The notes beneath the pieces are model-generated. The model did not search any database. It saw only the letters and a list, made by a program, of their open reading frames with translations, and had not been told where the DNA came from. Positions 22,117 to 32,561 of a DNA stretch of 64,000 bases are shown here, in pieces. Source of the stretch: Omnitrophica WOR_2 bacterium RIFOXYA2_FULL_38_17 (GTDB lineage Bacteria; Omnitrophota; Gorgyraeia; Zapsychrales; Zapsychraceae); contig MHHG01000057.1 of NCBI GenBank assembly GCA_001805965.1, positions 13,514 to 77,513 on the forward strand, in the 5' to 3' direction. A program made the translations under genes and the position numbers. How positions within the stretch are numbered: position 1 is the stretch's first letter; each line of letters opens with the position of its first letter.

Positions 22117-22668
22117 TTATTTGGACATATGCCCTTTCTTCATTCCTTTTTTCATTTCTTTCATTTTTTCTTTTTGTTCTTCTGTCAATATTTCTTTTAA
22201 TGACATACAAGCATCAACGACCCTTTTTGCCTTTTCTTTTTTGACTTCATATTTTTTATCAATAAGCTCCTTCATTTTATCGCCATGAGTCTCATCATCG
22301 TACATCAAAGCCATCATATCCACCATTACAATATCAAGTTCAGCTTCTTTCATTATCAGGTCTTTTTTTAAAGCGGTCTTCACCTCTTTTATTTTTCCTA
22401 ACTGCTCTTCTGTTACTCCAAGCTCTTCCTGATCAGAATAGATCATTTTTACTCTTTTAAAGAACATATCCTCCATTGACATCTCATTACTTTCATCCAT
22501 CATCATCTTTGGCATACCTTCGGCTCGATGCATCATATTTGACATCCCTTTACCCTCATGCATCATTTTTGACATTCCTTGACCCGGCTCAGCAAATACC
22601 ATAGAAGTCATCGCTCCAAGCACTAACAACGCGCCGATCAATAACATTAAGTTTCTTTTCATTTCCAT
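22117..22668 (-). CDS. Spy/CpxP-like periplasmic protein with Met-rich repeats
   Basis: Signal peptide; LGVTEEQ and ILTEEQ LTxxQ-like motifs; GMSKMMH/GMSNMMH/GMPKMMM repeats. Confidence 0.8.
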   Translation of the reverse strand: MEMKRNLMLLIGALLVLGAMTSMVFAEPGQGMSKMMHEGKGMSNMMHRAEGMPKMMMDESNEMSMEDMFFKRVKMIYSDQEELGVTEEQLGKIKEVKTALKKDLIMKEAELDIVMVDMMALMYDDETHGDKMKELIDKKYEVKKEKAKRVVDACMSLKEILTEEQKEKMKEMKKGMKKGHMSK

Positions 22669-22703
22669 TCTCCTTTCGCTTCAGTTTTAGATTTACAAAA
22701 TTT

Positions 22704-23075
22704 TTAATTCAGTAATCTTTCAACGCTGTGAAGAATATTGTTCGTATCAAAAGGTTTGCTCATAAAGAGATCAGCCCCCACTTCATCTGCTATGGTTCTT
22801 TCTACATCTTCATTTCTAGATGTTAAAATAATTATGGGTATGTTCTTGAATTTTTCATCCAGTTTTAGTTCGTTGCAAATATGATATCCATTGAATCCAG
22901 GCATAAAAACATCAAGGATTATCAGATCCGGATCAATAGATTTTGCAGTTTCCAATCCAACAAGACCCTCCTCTTCAGAAAAGACTTCATAACCAGCATC
23001 AGACAATAATTTTGTAAGCAGAGCCCGTGTTCCCCTGTCATCATCAATTATAAGAATTTTCTTATTCACTGGCAA
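22704..23075 (-). CDS. Single-domain response regulator
   Basis: ILIIDDD, PDLIILDVFMP, SKPF. Confidence 0.92.
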   Translation of the reverse strand: MPVNKKILIIDDDRGTRALLTKLLSDAGYEVFSEEEGLVGLETAKSIDPDLIILDVFMPGFNGYHICNELKLDEKFKNIPIIILTSRNEDVERTIADEVGADLFMSKPFDTNNILHSVERLLN

Positions 23076-23126
23076 CCACCCCTCTGATCTTTTGAGTTCT
23101 TTAGCTAAATCAATTTTACCACTACT

Positions 23127-23174
23127 TAAAAAAAAGGTGTCGTTTCTTATATTTCAGAAAAGACACCTTTTTTT
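23127..23174 (-). terminator. Intrinsic terminator
   Basis: aaaaaggtgtc / gacaccttttt stem flanked by A and T tracts. Confidence 0.55.
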
Positions 23175-23188
23175 CTATTTTAGCAAAA

Positions 23189-23680
23189 TCATTTTACTCC
23201 TATAACTTTAACCTCAAAAGTTAATTCTTTTCCTGCTAAAGGATGATTGAAATCAATAACCAGCGCATTCTCTTTTATCTCTTTAATCATTCCCACCATT
23301 GGCTGTCCTGTGCTTGTTTCCATTTGCAGGACCATTCCAACTTCAGGGGTTTCTTCAGAAGCTAATTTATCTTTTTGTATCTCAACAACAGCTTCCGGAT
23401 TGATCACTCCATAAGCTTCGCTTGCAGGCACAACTACTGTTTTTTCTGCGCCTGGCTCTAATCCCTCAAGCGCGTTTTCAAGTCCAGGAATTATCATCTT
23501 GCTTCCTTGTGTATATACTAACGGCTCTTTTCCAACAGAACTGTCTACTACTTCATTATCAACTTTTAAAGTATAATCTATCGTCACTTCTTTACCGGCT
23601 GATATCATTTGCGCTTCCCCTTTTGTCTGCAAAAAACAAAATGTCATCATTAATGCAGCGATAAAAATTATTTTTTTCAT
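23189..23680 (-). CDS. SlyD-type FKBP peptidyl-prolyl isomerase with signal peptide
   Basis: IIPGLENAL, EAYG, IDFNHPLAGKELTFEV; hydrophobic N-terminus. Confidence 0.92.
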   Translation of the reverse strand: MKKIIFIAALMMTFCFLQTKGEAQMISAGKEVTIDYTLKVDNEVVDSSVGKEPLVYTQGSKMIIPGLENALEGLEPGAEKTVVVPASEAYGVINPEAVVEIQKDKLASEETPEVGMVLQMETSTGQPMVGMIKEIKENALVIDFNHPLAGKELTFEVKVIGVK

Positions 23681-24088
23681 TTTGGCTCCTGATTAAGTTT
23701 ATTTATCCTACCTAAAAAGCATAATTGTATATGTTACTGCTATCAAATCGCATTTACTGAACCTTCGAATGCCAATTTGGAAAATAATGTGGAATTAAAA
23801 ATATGCTTATATCAAAAAATAAAAGCGTTTGAACTGAACTGCAAATGACAGATCAGCTTTTTCAATCCCAAAAAGTAATCAATTATTGCACAAATAAATA
23901 ATTTGTCAAACAATAGGTAAACAGATAATCGCATATAATGAAAAGTTTTATATGGTTAATATTGTGCTAACATACAGAAGCTTTCCACAAAAGTATTTAT
24001 TGTCGATTGTAAGGTAGCTGTGTTAATGTATTACGTTGCAGGCCTTGAAAAGATCATTATTATTAACATTTTAAAGAAAAGATAAAAA

Positions 24089-25414
24089 ATGTCGCTATTA
24101 AACAAATTAATCAACTTCTTAAAAATTGATGTCTGGCGTATCCGCACAAAAAACATATCAAAATTAAGGTCTTTTTGGATAACACAGTTAAGGATAATAC
24201 TTCTTTCGATCAGAGGTTTTGCTGAAGACAAATGTCAGCTGCGGGCCTCCGCGTTAACATTTTACTCTTTGCTATCGATAGTTCCAGTAGTTGCAATGGC
24301 TTTTGGCATTGCAAAAGGTTTTGGCTTTGAACAGATACTGGAAAAACAACTTATGACCAGGTTTCCAGGACAGGAAAGCGTTGTTGCCCAAATAATCGGT
24401 TTTGCTAATTCGATGCTAGAGAATACGAAAGGCGGGGTTATAGCAGGAATCGGTATAGCCATTCTATTCTGGACTGTTATTAAGGTTTTAGGCAATATCG
24501 AAAACTCATTTAATGATATCTGGGGCATAAAAAAGTCTCGCAGCCTTGGAAGAAAATTCAGCGATTATTTATCTATAATGCTTATCTGTCCGATACTTCT
24601 TATTATGTCCAGCAGCATGACTGTATTGATCACCAGCCAGGTCAAGCTTGTCTTATCAAAGATCTCATTGCTGGGGACATTAAGCCCGATAATATTGATA
24701 CTTCTTCAAATAATGCCTTATTGCGTAATATGGGTTTTATTCACGTTCATTTATATTTTTATGCCAAATACAAAAGTAAATCTTAAATCGGGATTATTTG
24801 GTGGCATTATTGCAGGAACGATTTATCAGGTCGTCCAGTGGGCATATATCACTTTTCAGGTTGGAGTAACAAAATATGGAGCGATATATGGGAGCTTTGC
24901 AGCTCTCCCTTTATTTCTTGTCTGGCTACAGATAAGCTGGCTCATTGTTTTGTTCGGGGCAGAAATCTCTTTTGCCGAGCAAAATGTTGAAACATATGAA
25001 TTTGAACCGGATTGCCTTAAAGCAAGCCATTCTTATAAGCGTTTATTGACCCTTAGAATCACCCAGCTTTGTATAAAATATTTTGTTGAAGGGAAAGAAC
25101 CATTAAATGCAAAAGACTTTTCTAATATTCTTGAGATACCTATACGATTAGTCAGAGACCTCCTCTATGATTTATCTGAGTCAGGGGTTCTAATTGAAGT
25201 AAAAACAAGTGAAAACAAGTCTTCTGCATATCACCCAGCTATCTATCTGGATCAATTAACAATAAAAAATGTCTTGAATATGCTGGATGAAAGAGGCATA
25301 AATAATATTCCTGTAGCTGAATCAAAAGAACTTGAAGTCTTGAAGCATTCTTTAAATACTTTTGATGAACAAAATAAAAGCTCTAAAGAAAATTGGATTC
25401 TGAAAGATATTTAG
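24089..25414 (+). CDS. YihY/virulence factor BrkB family membrane protein with C-terminal HTH
   Basis: ASALTFYSLLSIVP, FNDIW, YIFMPN, IYGSFAALPLFLVW. Confidence 0.92.
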   Translation: MSLLNKLINFLKIDVWRIRTKNISKLRSFWITQLRIILLSIRGFAEDKCQLRASALTFYSLLSIVPVVAMAFGIAKGFGFEQILEKQLMTRFPGQESVVAQIIGFANSMLENTKGGVIAGIGIAILFWTVIKVLGNIENSFNDIWGIKKSRSLGRKFSDYLSIMLICPILLIMSSSMTVLITSQVKLVLSKISLLGTLSPIILILLQIMPYCVIWVLFTFIYIFMPNTKVNLKSGLFGGIIAGTIYQVVQWAYITFQVGVTKYGAIYGSFAALPLFLVWLQISWLIVLFGAEISFAEQNVETYEFEPDCLKASHSYKRLLTLRITQLCIKYFVEGKEPLNAKDFSNILEIPIRLVRDLLYDLSESGVLIEVKTSENKSSAYHPAIYLDQLTIKNVLNMLDERGINNIPVAESKELEVLKHSLNTFDEQNKSSKENWILKDI

Positions 25415-25484
25415 TATTATCTAAAAATATTAACCAGGGGAAATCCTTTATGAACTGTTGGCAATTCTTGAAATCCTCAAACTT

Positions 25485-26090
25485 CTACCAATCTCTTAAC
25501 TCGTAATCCTCAGCATCGTATTTTCCATTATCGTTGAGATCAAAATGCATCCCGTTCTGGTCTTTTAGGTGCTTGATCTCATGTTTAGGGGCATCTATTT
25601 TTTGCATTACTTCGATCTGATGTTTTATACATTCCAGCTCCACCTTTTGCCCTGTCCAAATATCATCAGGAACAGGAGTAGAGTGCTGATCTTTATAATC
25701 ATTGTACAGCTTAGAGTGAATGGAATCATGTGCAATAGAACCCGCGCACCACGTAACAGAATAGAAAGCCGTTCGATCAGCAATTTCATAGGTCGGCGGA
25801 GAAGTATACGCATTCATGCCGCTTTTTTCCGATTGTTTGATCACTCCAATATATTCTAAGACAATTTCGTATGCCTCCGGCGCTTTTTCTTCAAGCAGCA
25901 AGAGAGCCTCGTTGATCTGATTCTCAAATTCCCGAGTCCCTAAAACTGAAATGCCTCCGTTAGCCTTAAGATTGCCCGATTTAGCTTGCACATTGCATGA
26001 TAAAAAGACAAAAGAACAGAAGCTAAGAACAACTATCTTGAGAAAAAAACAAAACAGCCTTATTTTTTTTATATTCATCTTTACTTTCAA
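25485..26090 (-). CDS. Secreted hypothetical protein, zincin-like HDxxH motif and C-terminal EF-hand-like loop
   Basis: Signal peptide; GSIAHDSIHS; DLNDNGKYDAEDY. Confidence 0.55.
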   Translation of the reverse strand: MKVKMNIKKIRLFCFFLKIVVLSFCSFVFLSCNVQAKSGNLKANGGISVLGTREFENQINEALLLLEEKAPEAYEIVLEYIGVIKQSEKSGMNAYTSPPTYEIADRTAFYSVTWCAGSIAHDSIHSKLYNDYKDQHSTPVPDDIWTGQKVELECIKHQIEVMQKIDAPKHEIKHLKDQNGMHFDLNDNGKYDAEDYELRDW

Positions 26091-26145
26091 TAATAAGCTC
26101 TGGCATCAATTAAGTTTGAAAATCAATCCAATGAATTCAACAATA

Positions 26146-27303
26146 TCATTCCAAATAAGCTCTAGCTTCGTTTAATTTATCGTAGAGCTTCGGCAGCCAG
26201 GCCTCACCCCAGAACAGATAACAGCTGGTTTCTGCATCAAGAATAGCCTGTCGAGCTTTAGCTAATTTTTCCATTTTTTCTTTTGTCAATTTACCCTTAA
26301 CAAGCTGCCAATATCTTCCACTAACCTGACACAATTCTTCAATAGCTTTCTTTTGAGACCCAGATCCATTCCATTGCGCAAAATCATAACCGCTAGTAGT
26401 TGCCACATTCCATGCACCTGTGTTAACATTCGCTATCATCTTTGGTGGATGCGATTTTATATAATCAGAGAACTTAATCGTTTTAACTTTTGCTTCTTTA
26501 GATTTTATCTGTTCCAAAAGCGGCGCCCAAAAATACCCAAAGAAACCCGCATTATCATCGATCTGTCTAAACCACCCCCCATTCTCACCATCTGACCAGG
26601 TTGTTAAAAGAGGGTCTTTCGCAACTGAATATTTTTCTAACTGATTTTGGCTCTCCTTTAAGAACCATTCAGGGTTCAAGCCACTTTCCTGAGCGTTTGA
26701 CATATCCCGATGCCTTGGAATTATCGTTATTTGAACCCCGTCATATTCAGATGTGTACAGCTGGAAGGGATCAAGCGGCTTGCCGTCTTTTGGCTTAACA
26801 TGAACATGATCAACAACAACATATTCATAACCGGCTTTGATCAGCTCAGGTATCATCTCCATACAAAATGCCATTTCAGACGGCCAAAATCCTTTTGGAG
26901 CAATGCCGAAAGCCTTCTTAAATATTTCCTGCCCTTTATCCAGCTGCTCGGGCCAATCTTCTTTCGGTATAAGTGGAAATATAGGGTGATAATACCCCAT
27001 CCCGATGATCTCTATATTTTTTGCACGTCGATAATCTTCAAGCATCTTAGGAATATCCACGTAACAGCGGTACTTGTCAATTATATACGGATCCAAAAAC
27101 TGCTCGATCAGGACCCCGGAAAAATCGACATGAAACTCACCTTGGGGATATTTAAGTGCATATCGCACTGCCCGCTCATAACATTTCATTATCTGCTGAG
27201 CTTCCCAGTCATTGTGTTCGATAAGAAGCTTTAAATTATGCGGAGGCTGATGCATATGAAGCCCCATCGCATAAAAGAAATGAGAACTATTTTTTTTTGT
27301 CAT
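26146..27303 (-). CDS. Glycoside hydrolase family 57 protein
   Basis: LHMHQP, YYHPIFPLIP, GFWPSE, SDGEN, AETSCYLFW. Confidence 0.9.
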   Translation of the reverse strand: MTKKNSSHFFYAMGLHMHQPPHNLKLLIEHNDWEAQQIMKCYERAVRYALKYPQGEFHVDFSGVLIEQFLDPYIIDKYRCYVDIPKMLEDYRRAKNIEIIGMGYYHPIFPLIPKEDWPEQLDKGQEIFKKAFGIAPKGFWPSEMAFCMEMIPELIKAGYEYVVVDHVHVKPKDGKPLDPFQLYTSEYDGVQITIIPRHRDMSNAQESGLNPEWFLKESQNQLEKYSVAKDPLLTTWSDGENGGWFRQIDDNAGFFGYFWAPLLEQIKSKEAKVKTIKFSDYIKSHPPKMIANVNTGAWNVATTSGYDFAQWNGSGSQKKAIEELCQVSGRYWQLVKGKLTKEKMEKLAKARQAILDAETSCYLFWGEAWLPKLYDKLNEARAYLE

Positions 27304-27350
27304 AAATCCCTCCTTGATAAATTAGGCTTATATTTCCAGAACCAATACCT

Positions 27351-28628
27351 TCACTTCAGGTCAATACCTTTGTTTTTGCTATTGGCCCATAAATCCTTGT
27401 AAACAAGATACGATTTTCTCAATTGGCGCATATAAGGGCTTTTAGAGCCCTCACCCTGACTTGTGATCCCATACCACTCCGCACCTGAAACGGTCATGAA
27501 AGCTCCCGTATCATGTATCGATGGCGTTCCTCCAAGATACCATTGATCACACCATGAAAAAATAACACCACCTATGCTGTTCCCTACGCCATTCTTGCCA
27601 AAACGATTGTCCTCAATATCTTTCCAGGAATCCATATGATATCTTGCCTGAGCCCCATCATCATAAAAATGTTTCACTTTAGCCTGAAATCCATATTCAG
27701 TCAAAAATACAGGCCGATCAAAAGTTTCCTTAACTGTTTTCCATATCTCTTTAAAACCCCAACGATAACTATTCAAACCAAAAATATCAACAGCCGGGCA
27801 CAGCTTTGAAATCTCCGCCAAATTCACAAGGTCCAAATTACAAATAGCAACTGGATGATTTGGATCAATCTCATGTATAAGCTCAGCAGCTTCATTGACC
27901 AAAGTTAAAAATGCTTCAACCTGATTTTCGGCATTATCATGATCATAAGGATTAAAGTTCTCGTTTCCTAAAAGCCACATCAGCGTGTAAGGCTCATCCT
28001 TATGTTCTTCTACCATAACTCTCACGTTCATCAAAAGATCTTTTCTTTGCTGAGGGTTAGAATAATCTGTCCCATTTTCCCATTTAATATCAGATCCAAT
28101 TCCCCATTCACCAAAAAAATGACCGATAATGGTCATAATACCAAAACGCTTCTCAAGATCGCGGAATATTTCTTTATTTGGCGGATGCACAAAGGTAAGC
28201 TTTGATCCCGGATAAACATAAAGATCATTTATCCTCAGATCATTGCTCGGCATTTGATAAATACGGATAGTGTTAGCTCCCATGTCCTTCAAAAGCTGCC
28301 AGTCACCAACAGCCATCTCATCCGGATCTTGAATATCATTCGCATTTACATCAACCCAGGAATCATAAGCAAGATCATTCTTACCATTTTGATCCAGGTC
28401 AAGAATGCTCCAATCCCTCAATGTCTGCTCATCAGGACTATCCCCGACGACAGCAAAGTTATAAACAACCCCTTTTATAAAAAAAGGCACCCCATCAACT
28501 TTTAGCTCCCATTCTCCCTGCGCGTGCCGGACAGTTTCAACCTTTTTAGGCAAAGCATGACATACACTCACACTACTAATACAAAAGAATAAACAGCTCA
28601 AAAGTAACCCCATTCTTATACTTTTCAT
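27351..28628 (-). CDS. Secreted clan-A glycoside hydrolase (GH2-like TIM barrel)
   Basis: Signal peptide; FFIKGV, MGANTIRIY, WLLGNE, DPNHPV, FLTEYG, FSWCDQW. Confidence 0.85.
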   Translation of the reverse strand: MKSIRMGLLLSCLFFCISSVSVCHALPKKVETVRHAQGEWELKVDGVPFFIKGVVYNFAVVGDSPDEQTLRDWSILDLDQNGKNDLAYDSWVDVNANDIQDPDEMAVGDWQLLKDMGANTIRIYQMPSNDLRINDLYVYPGSKLTFVHPPNKEIFRDLEKRFGIMTIIGHFFGEWGIGSDIKWENGTDYSNPQQRKDLLMNVRVMVEEHKDEPYTLMWLLGNENFNPYDHDNAENQVEAFLTLVNEAAELIHEIDPNHPVAICNLDLVNLAEISKLCPAVDIFGLNSYRWGFKEIWKTVKETFDRPVFLTEYGFQAKVKHFYDDGAQARYHMDSWKDIEDNRFGKNGVGNSIGGVIFSWCDQWYLGGTPSIHDTGAFMTVSGAEWYGITSQGEGSKSPYMRQLRKSYLVYKDLWANSKNKGIDLK

Positions 28629-28728
28629 TTTTTCCTTTCATAGAATTGTGAAAATTTTTTAGCTTATATTAGGATCAATCACAATTCTTAATAAAAACTT
28701 GTTGTTAAAGGATTTGAATAAATAGAGT

Positions 28729-29048
28729 TTAATTATCTGTTTTTATTATATTAACTTCTAAGTAATGTATTATTGCTTCAGCTACAAACTTATTGCCAAT
28801 AGGCGACCAATGTCCCGCAGTAAGAGGGTTTTCTGTGTTGCCCTTCTTTTTCCAATAATCTAGATCGCTAAATTTTTCCAGACCAAATCCACATCATATT
28901 CATTTGACCCTACTTCTCTTCCATCCTGATCAACTTGAAGAAATTGAATTTCTTTATACATGTTAATAATACGAAATAACCCTTCTAAGAAAAGCAAAGC
29001 TATAATCATAGTAATAGATACAACAATAACAGGGAATATCTTTTTCAC
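28729..29048 (-). pseudogene. SGNH/GDSL hydrolase remnant with a large internal deletion
   Basis: N-terminal TM LLFLEGLFRI...YDVDLVW, then another frame EKFSDLDYWKK...AGHWSPIGNKFVAEAIIHYL (SGNH block V-like). Confidence 0.65.
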
Positions 29049-30190
29049 CTTACAATCCTAACTTTTCCAACAACCTGCTTCATAAAAAACACAGAGGACA
29101 GGGACATCATGCTAAGCACAGCACCTGCAATGAAAGGTATACGATAATTGATCAACCACAACAATCCCCCAACAGCCGGAAGAATGACTGCAGCAAGATG
29201 ATTTATTGTAAAACTAACAGCCGTGCTTGGCGCAAAATCTTTTGGGTCAGCTATTTTCTGAAAATACGTCCTTATAGCAATGGCAAAATTAAAAAATATA
29301 TGATCAATGACGTATAATCCTGCAATGAGAATGCGCGATTCAACAAAAGCATAACTAATAAATATAACTATCAAGCTGCTGTATTCAAGCATCAAAATCC
29401 GCTTTTCCCCAAAGCGTACAATTGCCTTGCCTATAAGAGGCGCAAAAAAGTAATTGATAATATTATTCACTACAAACAGAAGAGTTATTTGCTGTACCGA
29501 GAAATGGAATTTCTTGACTAGCAAGAAAACTGAAAACACAACAAAGATCTGCCTTCGCGCACCGGACAACAATGTCAGCAGATAGAAAAGAAAATACTTT
29601 CGCTTAAATATCATTTTTTTGTGCTGTTTCGGTTTGCCCTTATCAACAGGGTCTTGTGTAAAAGCCCATGCCCCTGCAATAACCACTAAAAATCCAATAA
29701 CAAAAAATAATACCTTAAAGCTCAGGTAGGGAAACAATAAATAAATAAAAACTCCTATACCTATACTCGCGGCTGAAGACAGGCTTCGTTGTAATCCTAA
29801 AAATATTGGCGATTCATGCTCATCAAAATACTGAAGCGTCAAAGATTGATTAGTCGTCTCATAATAATGAAATCCCAAGCTCATAACTAATGTTGTCAGC
29901 ATCAATCCGGAATATGTAGGAAAAATTCCGGTAAGCATCACCCCTGCCCCAAGTATCATTATAGAAACTGATGATAAGCTATGCTCCTTTATAAAATGCA
30001 AGAAAAATATAACTAACAACGCCAAGAATCCTGGTATTTCTCGAACAGACTGTATCATTCCAACATGAAAACCACTGATTCCGGCAATATCAACAGCAAA
30101 ATTATTAAATAATGTACGCCAGCCCTGCAACCCAACAGCCGCTGCAACAGTAAGAACGATCAAATAGCGATACATAGGACGCTTTTTCAA
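29045..30190 (-). CDS. MFS transporter
   Basis: About 12 TMs; REIPGFLA, LSGARRQIF, FTINHLAAV. Confidence 0.88.
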   Translation of the reverse strand: MKKRPMYRYLIVLTVAAAVGLQGWRTLFNNFAVDIAGISGFHVGMIQSVREIPGFLALLVIFFLHFIKEHSLSSVSIMILGAGVMLTGIFPTYSGLMLTTLVMSLGFHYYETTNQSLTLQYFDEHESPIFLGLQRSLSSAASIGIGVFIYLLFPYLSFKVLFFVIGFLVVIAGAWAFTQDPVDKGKPKQHKKMIFKRKYFLFYLLTLLSGARRQIFVVFSVFLLVKKFHFSVQQITLLFVVNNIINYFFAPLIGKAIVRFGEKRILMLEYSSLIVIFISYAFVESRILIAGLYVIDHIFFNFAIAIRTYFQKIADPKDFAPSTAVSFTINHLAAVILPAVGGLLWLINYRIPFIAGAVLSMMSLSSVFFMKQVVGKVRIVR

Positions 30191-30232
30191 ATATTAATTA
30201 CCTATTCTCTTTTGAGGTATTTTTACGACTTA

Positions 30233-31630
30233 TCAAAATTTTATATTTATTATTCCAGCAGAAACCAGAGCTTTGATAGTAATGATAATACCAATCAAGA
30301 TAATAAAACCAGCACTAAAAAGAGGCAAAATTTCTACAAATTTATTTTGGGCATTTGAACCCAACAAGAATTTATGTGACCTTATTACTAATATCCCTAT
30401 TAAGATCAAGACGATTGCCAAACCAAGACTAAAAGCCAATATCAAAGACAGGCCAAATACTATCCTATTCATTGAAATAGCTGCCATAAGCACAACTAAA
30501 GCTGCAGGACACGGGACCATTCCTCCGGATATACCTAACATAAAAAGGTTCGTTAATCTTAACTTTTCTTCAGGAATATGATAATGCTCTTTACCGTGCT
30601 CATGTTTATGATCATGATGGTGATGTCCCAAAGCATTCCTTCCTCCAGATATCGATCTCTTCATCATAAAAATACCAACAATTAAAATCATAAAACCTGA
30701 AATAAAATTAAACCACGGATACATCTGTTGCGGTAGAATAAATTCTGAAAGATACAATACCAATATTCCCATAAGAACAATACTTCCAACATGAGTAACT
30801 GTCACAACGCCACCTAATAAAATAGCTTCACGAATTGTGGCTCTTTCACCAACAAGATAAGCTGCTGCGATTGTCTTGCCATGGCCTGGGCTCAAAGCAT
30901 GAAATACGCCTATCCCTAATGCAATAAAAAGCGAAACTATAATAAACCATGGGCTGAGCTTTTCCTTTTTTAATATACCGGTCAATCCATTATCTTTAGT
31001 TATTGATTTATTTTGATCGACAATATGCTCTATTTTTGTTTCTTGTTGAACAACTGTCTCTGCTGGAATATCATTCTGATATGAAAATTCACATTTGAGA
31101 ATCCGATTATTCTGTTCAGAACTTAAAATCTTAGATATACCGCTATCTCGAATAAAAATATTCATTTCACCCAAAGCCACATCAGGAAAATTATTATCAT
31201 TTAAAACAATTGAGTGTTTACCCTTTGCAAGATCATTGATCAATATCACAAAGTTCAACCTTATCTGCATATGGTCACCAGGCAGTTCCTTCAATTCACC
31301 TATTTCGTAAACAATTTCCTTTTTTTTATTATCGATCTTAAATTCAAGCTTAGAAATTATATCTTTAGCAAAAGAAAATAAAAATAAATTTTTTTCTGCT
31401 GAATCAATAGATCCATTTTTATCTTTATCTGCTTTAATTAAATTAACTTTTGCTAATATACTTCCAAAAACCGAATCATATTTGATCATAACAGCCTGAT
31501 TTGCTACATTTATTTTTGTTGCCTGATAAACTTTATCCGGTTCATGCGCAAATCCCCTTCTTGAAGACAAGAACAATAAAGCACAAATCAAGAAGCTTAT
31601 TAATTTTATTCTGAAATTGTTATTTTTCAT
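30233..31630 (-). CDS. RcnA/NiCoT-like nickel/cobalt transporter with N-terminal periplasmic domain
   Basis: HALSPGHGKT, His-rich loop HHHHDHKHEH, GMVPCPAAL; signal peptide ending GFA-HE from MKNNNF (31630). Confidence 0.88.
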   Translation of the reverse strand: MKNNNFRIKLISFLICALLFLSSRRGFAHEPDKVYQATKINVANQAVMIKYDSVFGSILAKVNLIKADKDKNGSIDSAEKNLFLFSFAKDIISKLEFKIDNKKKEIVYEIGELKELPGDHMQIRLNFVILINDLAKGKHSIVLNDNNFPDVALGEMNIFIRDSGISKILSSEQNNRILKCEFSYQNDIPAETVVQQETKIEHIVDQNKSITKDNGLTGILKKEKLSPWFIIVSLFIALGIGVFHALSPGHGKTIAAAYLVGERATIREAILLGGVVTVTHVGSIVLMGILVLYLSEFILPQQMYPWFNFISGFMILIVGIFMMKRSISGGRNALGHHHHDHKHEHGKEHYHIPEEKLRLTNLFMLGISGGMVPCPAALVVLMAAISMNRIVFGLSLILAFSLGLAIVLILIGILVIRSHKFLLGSNAQNKFVEILPLFSAGFIILIGIIITIKALVSAGIINIKF

Positions 31631-32444
31631 AAGTATATTCGATCGCTTGGTCGGAGCTGACATCGTCGTTGCCAATATCAATTACTCTAATAGAAGAATG
31701 AACTTGATACCAGGGAACCTTGCTAACAGCCCTTGGACGTGGCTTCATAGTTGAAGAGCCGCCATCATAACAGCGCTTAATTCCCCATTTTCCATTATTT
31801 GATTTTCCTTCATGATTATGCCCGTAAAGAATAGCGTCTACCGATATGCCTTTGCCCATTGCATCCATTAAGACCTTTTTTAATTTTCTAGAATCTTTAA
31901 GCTGATGAACAGGCCTTGCATCAAAAGGATGATGATGAAGATAGATAACGCGCTTTTTACAGGCACGAACATCTTCGCCTTCCAAGATATTGCGAAGTTT
32001 TAAAAGCTGATCTTTGCCTAATTCACCTTCGGCCCATATTTTGTCATACCAGTGTAACTCAGACATCATAGAATCCAAGCCAATAAAGGCCACATCCTGA
32101 ATAATATTTTTTATTGGATAATCTGCTTCATCCTTAAAAAAATGATCCTGGAATATCTTAACAAATTTTTTATCACCTTTGTTCCCTGTTCCATAATCAT
32201 GATTTCCTGGAACCACAAGGATATCTTCAAAGCCTGCTTGCTTTAAACATTCAAAGCCTAACTTAAGATATTCATAACTATCCTGATAATTAGCGTTGTC
32301 AACAAGGTCTCCTGTAATGACAATCACAAATTCCCTGGCATTAACTTTAACAAAGTCTCTAAGCCTCTCAACAATAACCAAAAATCTCTTCCCAAGATCC
32401 CTATACCCAACATGAAGATCGCTCAAATGTATTATTTTTTTCAT
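31620..32444 (-). CDS. Calcineurin-like metallophosphoesterase
   Basis: SDLH, TGDLVD, PGNHD, HH, GHNH. Confidence 0.9.
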   Translation of the reverse strand: MKKIIHLSDLHVGYRDLGKRFLVIVERLRDFVKVNAREFVIVITGDLVDNANYQDSYEYLKLGFECLKQAGFEDILVVPGNHDYGTGNKGDKKFVKIFQDHFFKDEADYPIKNIIQDVAFIGLDSMMSELHWYDKIWAEGELGKDQLLKLRNILEGEDVRACKKRVIYLHHHPFDARPVHQLKDSRKLKKVLMDAMGKGISVDAILYGHNHEGKSNNGKWGIKRCYDGGSSTMKPRPRAVSKVPWYQVHSSIRVIDIGNDDVSSDQAIEYTYEK

Positions 32445-32561
32445 AGAGACATTCTATCAAACCCGCCATATTTTGCAATTTTCTTGAAATATGTTTTAAA
32501 TAAGATTCGGCAAAGCACTTTTAGAAATGTTAAATTGAAATATCCTTAGCACTAAAATAAA

